A stretch of DNA of 24,341 nucleotides from Pirellulales bacterium (GCA_051006595.1 JBPCTA010000030.1:1-24341), one strand, 5' to 3'; positions 16,036 to 24,341 are shown, numbered from the stretch's first letter. Program-made: numbers and translations. Notes: generated from the letters alone by a model not told the origin.

Positions 16036-16055
16036 GAAGATCGTCGTGTGTTGTG

Positions 16056-16541
16056 TCAGGCGGTCAGTTCGTCGATGCGGCGCCGAAAGCCAGGCATCTC
16101 GCTGGTGACGTAAGCGGTCCAGGCTGCGGGCTGCCAGAGTTCGACGCACACCGCGGCGCCCACCGCGAGCAGGCTGCCCCCCGGTTCGACGCCCAGAAAC
16201 TCCCGAAAGCCTTCCGGCACCACCAGCCGCGAGCGGCCCGCGAGCGACACGGTCTGATGCCGCGTGGAGAGCAGGCGGCCGAGTTCCTGAAGCTGCCCGA
16301 CCCTTTGGGTCAGGAGCCCCGCCTCCATCTTGCTGCGGACCACATCTACCGCCGCATCCATGCGGGGCTTCCAGAGCGCTGCCGACCACAGCGACAAACA
16401 CCCCGCCCGCTCCTTGGCCAGCACCAGTTTCGGCCCGGCCGCCAGCAGCGGATCGAGCAGTTCGGGCGGGATCGCCAGCCGGAAACGCTCGTCGAGCGTC
16501 CTCACAAACTCGCCGATCAGCAGGTCGGCCGCAGAGGCCAT
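16056..16541 (-). CDS. mraZ: MraZ-family transcriptional regulator (tandem SpoVT/AbrB domains)
   Basis: GEFVRTLDERFRLAIP and SLAGRSRLVVPEGFREFLG...GAAVCVELW match the two MraZ repeats. Confidence 0.88.
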   Translation of the reverse strand: MASAADLLIGEFVRTLDERFRLAIPPELLDPLLAAGPKLVLAKERAGCLSLWSAALWKPRMDAAVDVVRSKMEAGLLTQRVGQLQELGRLLSTRHQTVSLAGRSRLVVPEGFREFLGVEPGGSLLAVGAAVCVELWQPAAWTAYVTSEMPGFRRRIDELTA

Positions 16542-16619
16542 GGTGGTCCGCGCTGTTCAAAACGCCCGCCTCCGCGGGAATGCCAGGGCTGGCCGTCCAA
16601 GTGGCCGAGCCTCACGTAA

Positions 16620-16712
16620 TGGGCTTTAAACCCATCAAAACGTCATTTCTAACGATCTGATAGGGCTTCAAACCCACGGGCAGGAGTCTAGCGGATCGTT
16701 CGGATTCTGCAA
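16620..16712 (-). promoter_or_regulatory. Putative mraZ promoter and duplicated operator-like motif
   Basis: Minus strand TTGCAG (16707-16712), 16 bp, TAGACT (16685-16690). GGGCTT(T/C)AAACCCA occurs at 16621-16634 and 16663-16676. Confidence 0.6.
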
Positions 16713-16730
16713 GCATCCTGCGGCGGGACT

Positions 16731-16799
16731 GCCCGCGGCCTTACGGCCGGTCGGCTTTTACGGGGCGAACGTATAAGCCCAACGCCGTGAGGCGTGGGG
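16731..16799. repeat. Back-to-back REP pair: family A (16731-16760, - strand) and family B (16775-16799, + strand)
   Basis: Direct identity to the other copies; feet TAAAAGCC and TATAAGCC face each other. Confidence 0.9.
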
Positions 16800-16801
16800 G
16801 C

Positions 16802-17128
16802 TCAGTGGCCGCCGCAGGAGGCGCAGCTGCCGCCGCAACTTCCGCCGCAGCCGTCTGCGCCGATTTCCTTCTTGTAGGCCTTCTGCGCCGCGGCTTCCTT
16901 CGAGAGTTTGAACTCGGGGCCGGCAGGGAAATATTGGATGTCGTCCTGCAGGTAATAGGCACTCGGGAGCGTCTGGCCGCCCACATCCACCTGGCATCCG
17001 GTCACCGCGAGGTTGGCGACGCCTGCCATGGCCAGAAAGACCCGCGGAGCGGCACCCAGACCGGCACCCAGACTGGCACCAAAACTGGCACCGAGACGGG
17101 CGGCGAGGTTTGTCGGCGTGTGGTTCAT
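16802..17128 (-). CDS. Small predicted lipoprotein with Cys/Gly-rich C-terminal tail
   Basis: Lipobox-like AVTG-C, core CQVDVGGQTLPSAYYLQDDIQYFPAGPEFKL, tail GCGGSCGGSCASCGGH. Confidence 0.8.
   Translation of the reverse strand: MNHTPTNLAARLGASFGASLGAGLGAAPRVFLAMAGVANLAVTGCQVDVGGQTLPSAYYLQDDIQYFPAGPEFKLSKEAAAQKAYKKEIGADGCGGSCGGSCASCGGH
17051..17098. repeat. 4 x 12-bp tandem repeat inside the lipoprotein leader
   Basis: ggcacccagacc, ggcacccagact, ggcaccaaaact, ggcaccgagacg; encodes RLGA-SFGA-SLGA-GLGA. Confidence 0.9.
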
Positions 17129-17327
17129 GGCAAGTGATCCGTGCGTGGCGGGACGTGGATACCGTCTCGTCTTCCTGTATCGGCCGCTACGACCGGCAAA
17201 CTTTGAATGACCGTCATGACCCGCTCGGAAAACGGCCCCGGTCGCCACGCGTCTTGCCATGCCTGCCCAGACCGCCACCCGGGCCGCAGGGGTCAGTAAC
17301 GCGGGCGGCGGTGTACAACCAAGCGAT

Positions 17328-20300
17328 ATGAGCCGTGACTCCCGGATGACCCGCGCCTCCTGGGCCGCTGTGTGTGCGTGGCTTTTGTTCGCCAGCCCGG
17401 CCCTGCCGCAGGTGGTGCTGCCTCCCACGATGGGCGTGCCTGGAGCCGCTCAGACCGTGCCTTCGCCAGCGCATGACCTCGCGCTGCAGGCGCTGGCTGC
17501 CGGCGACTACGCGACGGCAGCCGACCTCGCGGGCAAGGAGTAGCAAGGCAGCATCCGGATGGGCGGTCAGCGGAGGATCGATTCGATCGCCTCGGCGGCC
17601 CTGCTCGGGGAGTGCCTCTACGAACTCGGCAGCTTCGGTGACGCGGTCGCGCGGTACGAGGAATCGATGCTCGTGTTTGCGACCCATGCCGACTGGCTGC
17701 TGTCGGTGCAGTTTCCCGCGCAGCCGCTCCGCCCCCTGGCCGCGGGCCGCGTCGCTGCCTGGGGCCGCAGCGAACGCAATACCGCCCCCGCGGCGCTCCC
17801 CGACACGCTCGCGATGCGGCAGAAGGCGGCCGACGCGCAAGACGTGCTCCAGCGCGGCGGGGTGCTTGCCGCCGACTACGACCGTCCGGTGCGTGCCCAG
17901 GAGATCATGCGACTGCTTGTGATCGCGGCCTACCGCCACGGCGATTTGCTCGGCCCGATGGCGGCGGCGAGCGGCGGGCTCGATGCGGCCGCCAAGGCGT
18001 TGATGCGGCGGCCGGCACCGCCCAATCACTGGTCGCAATCGTGGATCGACATCGCGCTCGGCGCCGCCTATTGGGCGCAGGGCAAGCACGATCTCGCCGG
18101 GCCGCTCCTCACCCGCGGCCTGGTCGTGGGCAATCAGTTTGATCACGCGCTGACATCCTGGGGGCTGATCATGCTCGGGCGGATCGCGCTCGACGCCGAT
18201 CAGGCCCAGCGGGCCGCGAAGCTCTTTGAAGAGGCCACGCTGACGGCGGCCGACTTCGGTGACGCGCGGGCGCTCGAAGAGGCCTTTCAGCTCGCCTTTG
18301 TGGCTTCGCGAATGGCCGGCGGCAGAGGTGTGCCGCCGTCGATCCGCGGGGGCTGCGACTGGGCGCGGGCCACCCTGCCGGCGCTGCGGGCGCGGCTGCT
18401 GGCCCTCGAGGCGGAAGCGCTCGCGACCGTGGGTGAGACCAGGGCCGCGACTGCGGCCTTGAAGGACATCGACGGCCGGCTGCTGCGGGGCGATGCCGGT
18501 CGCGGCACGCTCGGCGCCGATGCTCGCTACGCCGAGGCGCTCGTCGCCTACGCAACCGGCGCTCTCGATCAGGGTGATGAAGACCTCGCCGCGGCGCTGG
18601 CCATCGCCCGCTCACGCACGCCCCGGCTCTTCCAGACCGAGCGACTGCTCGAGCTGCTCCTGGCAGGGTCGTCCATGTTTTCCGACCGCCAGGCCGATGC
18701 GTTGCTTGAGCGGTTCCTCGCTGATCCGGGCCCGCGAGACTTTGCCGCCGATCCGTTGGGATCGTTGGCCGTGCTCTCGGCCGCGCGGGGCGATGCCTTC
18801 GAGACCTGGGTGGCCGTGGCGGCGCGACGCGGCACCGAGCAGGCCATCGAAGCGGCGGAGGCCACCCAGCGGCATCGCTGGCTGGCCAGCCAGCCGCTCG
18901 GCGGCCGGCGGATCGCGGTTGAACGTCTTCTCGCCGCCGATCCCCGCGACCTCGCCGCGGCGGAGGCCGCTCGTCAGGCCGCGCTCATCGGCGGTCAGCC
19001 GGAGCTCGCAGGGCTCATCGACCGCATGGGACAGTTGCGGGGCACGTTTTCCGCAGCGCTGGCCGCGGCAGCTCAGGGGGGCGACGCCGGCAACCGCAAT
19101 CCGGGGGCCGCGGTCGCGAAGGCCGATCAAGAGGCGTATCGCACGCTGGCGAGCCGACGCAGCCAGATCGTGGCGGCGATCGCGGCCGGTCGAGAAGGCG
19201 TGCCGATCGCGTTTCCGCCACTCACTCCCGCCGCCGAGATTCGCCGCCGGCTCGCGCCGCGGCAACTGATGCTCTCCTTTCACTGGACGAAGTCGGGGCT
19301 GTTCGGGCTGTTGGAATCCCGCGAGCGGTTTGCGGCGTGGCAAGTTCGGCAGGCGGGCGAGCTGCCGGCGGAGATCACCACACTCGCCAAGTCGCTGTGT
19401 CTCTTTGATCCGGTGTCGGCCGTGCCGAGCAGTCGGCTCGCGGAGAGCGACTGGCGGGGGTCGGTGGAGCGGATCGAGCGCGTGCTCTTCGAAAACTCCA
19501 AGGTCACGCTCGCGGAGGGCATCGACGAGCTGATCATCGTGCCCGACGGCTGGCTCTGGTATGTGCCGTTCGAACTGCTGCCCGTGTCGTCGAACCGCGC
19601 GGATCAAGGGGAGTCGGCCGCCGGGCAGCCCGGCGATCAGCGACGGCTCCGCGACGTGGCCCGGATTCGCTACGCGCCCACCCGAAGCCTGGCCGTGATG
19701 CGGTTCGAGCCCCAGGGCCCGGGGCCGATCGGGGTGCATGTGGGCCGACTGGCGCGGAGCGACAAGCCGGCCGATGCCGAAGCCATGCTTGCGCACCTGG
19801 CGACCGCCGTGGATCGCGTGGCTCCGTTGACGGCCGATAGCGGGCTGGCGATTCCCCTCGCGGCGTCGGCCTGCGACACGCTGGCAATCTTCGACGAACT
19901 CGCCGGCGAGGGGAGTGTGGCCGGATGGCCGCTGCTCCCCGTCGGCGCAGGCAAGGGAGCGGTGACATTTGGCGACTGGCTCGCGCCGCCGCCCAAGCGT
20001 CCGCAACGGATCGTGCTGCCCGGCCTGCAGACGGCGATGGCGGGCGGCCTCGAGAAGCTCCCGCCACGGCCGGGCGAGGATGTGTTTCTCGCGGCCACCG
20101 ACCTCGTGGCGGCCGGGGCACGAACGGTCGTGATGAGCCGCTGGCGCATGGGGGGCAAGACCTGCACCGATCTGATGACGGAGTTTCTGCGTGACGCGAC
20201 TGCCGCCGATGGATCACCCGCGTCGGCGGCCTGGCAGCGGGCCGTCGATGTCGTGCTCGCCGAGGAGCCCGACGCCGCCCGCGAGCCCCGCATCAAAGTC

Positions 20301-20462
20301 TCCGGCGATGCGGCGTTGACCACGCCCCCGCATCCGCTGCTGTGGGCCGGCTACCTGCTCGTGGATGTGGGCGACGGCCGCTTCTCAGAAGAGCCGCCGC
20401 CTCCGGCCGGTCAGCGGGCGGCGCCGCCCCCGGCGGCTGCGATTCCGCAGGCCCGGCCATGA
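17328..20462 (+). pseudogene. Large exported helical-repeat (TPR-like) protein with a C-terminal CHAT-like domain; frame interrupted by one TAG at 17541-17543 (pseudogene or sequence error)
   Basis: ORFs 17259..17543 and 17559..20462 share a frame. Signal peptide from ATG 17328 or 17346. CHAT-like motifs LIIVPDGWLWYVPFELLP and LVAAGARTVVMSRW. Confidence 0.75.
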
Positions 20463-21280
20463 GCGACGGTGCCGAGGGAAGCCTCACCGGCCTCGCGGTG
20501 CTGGCCGTGGCGTCGCTCGTCGCGGGAGCGGTGAATGCGATCGCCGGTGGCGGCACGATCCTCACGTTTCCGGTGCTCACGGCGATCCTTCCGGCCGATG
20601 CCGCCCGGCTCGTCACGGCCAACGCCACGAGCACGATCGGCCTCTGGCCGGCGGCGCTCGTCTCGGCCTGGTCGTCGCGCGGCAGCCGCGAGGGGCTGCC
20701 CTCGTGGGCCCGCTGGCTCGTCGTGCCGAGCCTCGTCGGCGGCATGATCGGCACGCTGCTCGTGCTCTGCCTGCCCCCCGCCTGGTTTGACGGGCTCGTG
20801 CCCTGGCTGATCCTCTCGGCTGCGGTGCTGTTTTCGATCCAGCCTTCCATCGCCGCCCGCGCCGCCAGCCGCGATGGCGGGGGCGGCAGCATCACCACCT
20901 CGCGGCTGCTCCTCACCTGCGGGCTGCAGTTGCTCGTGGGCATCTATGGCGGCTACTTCGGCGCCGGCATCGGCATTCTCATGCTCGCCGTGCTCGCCCT
21001 GCTGGGGCTCGGCGACATCCACCGGCTCAATGCGGTCAAGAATGTGCTGGCGACGGCGATCAATGGGGTGGCGGCGGTCGTGTTTGCCGCCGGCTCGTTC
21101 GTCGGCAGCCACGAGGTGGCCTGGGGGCATGCGGGCGTGATGGCGGTGGCGGCCATGATCGGCAGCCTCGGGGCGACGCATTTGTCGCGGCGGATATCCC
21201 CGGCGGTGATGCGAAAGCTGGTGGCCATCATCGGCTTCGGGCTGGCGGGCTATTATTTCTGGCGACAGTGGTTTGCATGA
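20459..21280 (+). CDS. Sulfite exporter TauE/SafE (TSUP) family permease
   Basis: AGAVNAIAGGGTILTFP and GIYGGYFGAGIGILML; ATGA overlap with the upstream stop. Confidence 0.93.
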   Translation: MSDGAEGSLTGLAVLAVASLVAGAVNAIAGGGTILTFPVLTAILPADAARLVTANATSTIGLWPAALVSAWSSRGSREGLPSWARWLVVPSLVGGMIGTLLVLCLPPAWFDGLVPWLILSAAVLFSIQPSIAARAASRDGGGGSITTSRLLLTCGLQLLVGIYGGYFGAGIGILMLAVLALLGLGDIHRLNAVKNVLATAINGVAAVVFAAGSFVGSHEVAWGHAGVMAVAAMIGSLGATHLSRRISPAVMRKLVAIIGFGLAGYYFWRQWFA

Positions 21281-21299
21281 CTCCGAGTGGCCGTCTTTG

Positions 21300-22175
21300 A
21301 TGATTGTTCGCACCACCTCTCTCACCAAACGCTACGGCGACTTCGCCGCGCTCGACGGCTGCTCGCTCGAGGTGGCCGCGGGGGAGATCTTCGGCCTGCT
21401 CGGCCCGAATGGTGCCGGCAAGACGACGCTCCTGCGGGTGCTTCTCGGCTACCTGATGCCGACATCGGGCAGCGGCACCGTGGCGGGCTTCGACTGCGCC
21501 TCGCAGTCGCTCGACGTGCGGGCCAACACCGCTTATCTGCCGGGCGAGGCCCGGCTCTTCCGCCGCATGAACGGCCATGCCGTGCTCGACTTTTTCGCGG
21601 GCCTGCGGCCGGAATGCCGCCGCGATGTGGCCACGAGCGTGGCCGACCGGCTGGGCCTCGACTGCTCGCGGCAGGTGGCACGGATGAGCACGGGCATGCG
21701 GCAGAAGCTGGCGTTGGCGGTCGTGCTGGCCACGGAGGTGCCGCTCGTGATCCTCGATGAGCCGACGGCCAATCTCGATCCCACGGCGCGGTCGGAGGTG
21801 CTGGCGCTCGTCCGCGAGGCCCGGGCCGCCGGACGCACCGTGATTTTCTCGTCGCATGTGCTCTCGGAAGTCGAGGAGACCTGCGGCCACGTCGTGATCA
21901 TGCGGTCTGGTCGAGTCGTTCACGAGCAGTCGATCGAGGCGCTCCGCCGCGGCCATCGGATTTATGCACACCTCCGCGGCGAGTTTCCCGGCGTGCCGGC
22001 CGAGTTTGCCGGACGGCTCACGGCGGCGGCGGGCGACGATGGCCGGATCGTGATGGAGACCGACGAGCCACTCGCGCCGCTCTTGGGCTGGCTGGCTACG
22101 CTGTCGCTGGTCGAAATCCGCGTGGAGCCGGTGGGGCTGCAGGCTGTCTACGACCGTTTCCATCGCTCCGCATGA
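21300..22175 (+). CDS. ABC transporter ATP-binding protein
   Basis: Walker A GPNGAGKTT, signature MSTGMRQK, Walker B ILDEPT and H-loop FSSH. Confidence 0.96.
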   Translation: MIVRTTSLTKRYGDFAALDGCSLEVAAGEIFGLLGPNGAGKTTLLRVLLGYLMPTSGSGTVAGFDCASQSLDVRANTAYLPGEARLFRRMNGHAVLDFFAGLRPECRRDVATSVADRLGLDCSRQVARMSTGMRQKLALAVVLATEVPLVILDEPTANLDPTARSEVLALVREARAAGRTVIFSSHVLSEVEETCGHVVIMRSGRVVHEQSIEALRRGHRIYAHLRGEFPGVPAEFAGRLTAAAGDDGRIVMETDEPLAPLLGWLATLSLVEIRVEPVGLQAVYDRFHRSA

Positions 22176-22188
22176 GGCCCGCATCGCC

Positions 22189-23064
22189 ATGGACATGAGC
22201 AATCCGAAGACCATCCCGACAGGCCGCGGCGCCGTCTGGAGCGTGGCGGTGTGGCGGAAGACCTGGGGCGATCAGCGGATCCTGCTGCTCTCGTTCGCCG
22301 CCCTGTGGTCCGTGTTTCCCTGGCTCTATCTCTGGCTCTCTGCGCAGATTCCGATGCCGGCGTTTCAAAACGTGCTCCTGCAGGTGATCCCGGAAGACTG
22401 GCAGAAGCTTTCGGGCGTGCCGTTCTCCGAGGTGGCCACCTATGCAGGCCGCGTGGCGCTCGCTTTCGTGGATCCGGTCGTCGTGCTGGCGGCGACGGTC
22501 TGGGGCATTACCCGGGGCAGCGATGCCGTGTCGGGGCAGCTCGAGCGGGGCACGATGGAGATGCTCCTGGCCGCGCCGGTCCGTCGCACGGCCGTGTTTC
22601 TCACTCAGGCGGTGGCCACGACCGCGGCGGCGGCCCTGCTCTGCGGTGTGCTCCTGGCGTCGGTCTGGTCGGTCGTGACCTTCGGGCCCTGGGCGGGCAA
22701 GGTGGAGCCGTGGCGATTCATTCCTGCCGCCGCCAACGTGTTTGGACTGATGGTCTGCATGGGCGGGATCACGGCCTGCATCTCGGCGATTGACAGCTAT
22801 CGCTGGCGGACGGTGGGAATCATGTGCGGCTTCTATGTGACCACCCTGCTGGCGAAGCTGGTGGGAAGGCTCAGCGGCAGCCTGGGCTGGGTCGGCTATC
22901 TGTCGGTCTTCAATGCGTATGAACCGCAGCGGCTGGTGGGGGGCGGCCCGGAGGCGTGGCGGCTTCTGGGCCAGTACGACGGCATTCTGCTGGGTATCGG
23001 CGTGGCGGCCTACATCCTCGGAGCGGTGATCTTCAGCCGCCGTGATCTCCCCGCGCCGCTGTAG
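22189..23064 (+). CDS. ABC-2 type transporter permease
   Basis: SGQLERGTMEMLLAAPVRRTAVF motif, multiple transmembrane segments and a C-terminal FSRRDLP. Confidence 0.92.
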   Translation: MDMSNPKTIPTGRGAVWSVAVWRKTWGDQRILLLSFAALWSVFPWLYLWLSAQIPMPAFQNVLLQVIPEDWQKLSGVPFSEVATYAGRVALAFVDPVVVLAATVWGITRGSDAVSGQLERGTMEMLLAAPVRRTAVFLTQAVATTAAAALLCGVLLASVWSVVTFGPWAGKVEPWRFIPAAANVFGLMVCMGGITACISAIDSYRWRTVGIMCGFYVTTLLAKLVGRLSGSLGWVGYLSVFNAYEPQRLVGGGPEAWRLLGQYDGILLGIGVAAYILGAVIFSRRDLPAPL

Positions 23065-23177
23065 TTTCCGGGCTGTTGTAGTGCTGCAGGGCCCCGGTGC
23101 CGCATACTATTCCGCCGGCGGGCATGCCGGGTTCGACTGCAACCCCGTCCGTCGCATCCTCGTGGCGAGGTCCCTTC

Positions 23178-24341
23178 ATGACGTTTCTCCATCGGTTCGC
23201 TGCCCGGCCGGCGATGTTTGCCGTGGGCGTGGCGTGTCTGCTGCTGACGGCCCGAGCCGACGAGGCGACGAAGGAGCCGGTCACGGAGGGCGAGGCAACG
23301 CCTTCGACCCCAGCGGCGGTGGCCGAGGAGACGCCTGACGGCGACCATCCCGGCCAGCCCTTCCTCAACGACGCGAACAACGCGAAGCTCGAGATCGACG
23401 AGATCGACGATTTCGGCCGCGTGCTCGACCTCTGCAAGAAGGCTCTCGAAAAGGGTCTCGACGCCGACTCCAAGAAGTTTGCCGAGGATCTCTACACGGG
23501 CACCCTCATCGATCGGGCCGCGATGCTCGCGGGGGCGATCCTCGACGCCGACGAGCCCGACCAGCAGTGGCGGCGCATCCGCTCGTTTGCCATGCGGGAT
23601 CTCAACGAAGTCGTGGCCCGCGATCCGGGGATCGGGAGCGTGCATCTCATGATCGCGAGGCTCGAGGCGCTGCCCGGCGGCAATCGTGCGCGGGCGGCGG
23701 CTGAGGCCACGAAGGCGCTCGAACTCCTCGGCGACGACCAGCTGCAGCGGGCCCAGGCCAATCTCGTGCTGGCGTCGCTCGACGATGATCCAGAGAAGCA
23801 GCTCCGCTTTCTCGACGCCGCCGTGGAGCTGTCGCCCCGTGATGCCGACGTGCGGCGAGCCCGCGGCCTGCACCTGCTGATGCAAGACGAATACGAAAAG
23901 GCTCGCGAGGATCTCGCGGTGGCGGTGGAGGAGGAGCCCGAGGATCCGGCGCTGCTCGAGGCGCTCGGCATGGCCTGCATGATGAGCGAGCAGATGGAGG
24001 ATGCCCGCAAGGCCTTCGACAAGGCGATCGAGCTCGATCCCGAAGCCGCCGGTCCGTTGCTCCAGAGGGCGCGGGTCTACGCGGTGGAGGGCAACCAGGA
24101 AAAGGCCCTTTCAGATATCGACCGCGCCGTCGAACTCGCGCCCCGCGATCAGGCGGCCCGTCTGCTGCGGGCGCGGATTCAGCAGCAGGCGGGCAACACC
24201 GAGGCAGCCCTGGCCGATATCGACGCCGTCCTCGAGCAGGATGCCGATATGCCGGCGGCGCTCGAGCTCAAGGGCTTGATGGCCGCGGAGCGGGAAGACT
24301 ACCCCGAGGCGATCCGGTGTTTTCGAAAGCTGGTGGCGAAG
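23178..24341 (+). CDS. Exported tetratricopeptide repeat protein (runs off the right edge)
   Basis: ATG 23178 after GAGG; signal peptide MTFLHRFAARPAMFAVGVACLLLTARA; repeated TPR units such as ARKAFDKAIELDPE and ALSDIDRAVELAPRD; frame open to the window end. Confidence 0.9.
   Translation, partial: MTFLHRFAARPAMFAVGVACLLLTARADEATKEPVTEGEATPSTPAAVAEETPDGDHPGQPFLNDANNAKLEIDEIDDFGRVLDLCKKALEKGLDADSKKFAEDLYTGTLIDRAAMLAGAILDADEPDQQWRRIRSFAMRDLNEVVARDPGIGSVHLMIARLEALPGGNRARAAAEATKALELLGDDQLQRAQANLVLASLDDDPEKQLRFLDAAVELSPRDADVRRARGLHLLMQDEYEKAREDLAVAVEEEPEDPALLEALGMACMMSEQMEDARKAFDKAIELDPEAAGPLLQRARVYAVEGNQEKALSDIDRAVELAPRDQAARLLRARIQQQAGNTEAALADIDAVLEQDADMPAALELKGLMAAEREDYPEAIRCFRKLVAK

Noticed and set aside
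3892-16799. Dispersed ~30-bp repeats as a CRISPR array
   Set aside because: Copies are scattered, in both orientations, without regular unique spacers, and there are no cas genes.
17541-17543. Genome-wide TAG reassignment or pyrrolysine
   Set aside because: TAG is used as a normal stop at 8831-8833 and 23062-23064, and no pyl genes are present.

Overview
High-GC bacterial chromosomal segment, most likely from a planctomycete (inferred from the style of the hypothetical proteins; not searched). Left to right: the 5' two-thirds of dnaE, an FHA protein, tRNA-Arg(UCG) followed by a Phd/VapC toxin-antitoxin pair, thioredoxin-like and membrane hypotheticals, two zinc-peptidase-like proteins, a CinA-like/NadD-like fusion, an MFS-epimerase-oxidoreductase catabolic cluster, a CDF metal transporter, a second Gfo/Idh/MocA oxidoreductase, an orphan mraZ, a small lipoprotein with a Cys-rich tail, a large exported TPR/CHAT-like gene broken by one in-frame TAG, a TauE/SafE permease, an ABC exporter pair and a TPR protein running off the right edge. 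The most unusual signals are non-coding. (1) Two related families of GTRA-loop REP-like hairpins (7 copies; 4 full copies plus 2 partial/degenerate) occur singly, in tandem and as mixed pairs. (2) A candidate ~173-nt sRNA has its own sigma70-like promoter and terminator (5173-5345). (3) A ~118-nt three-way-junction element lies directly behind mraZ. Both RNA candidates display a CANGGANG (CsrA/Rsm-type) hairpin loop. (4) A duplicated TGGG-N7-CCCA operator-like motif lies upstream of mraZ. All calls are by eye; no searches or folding programs were run.
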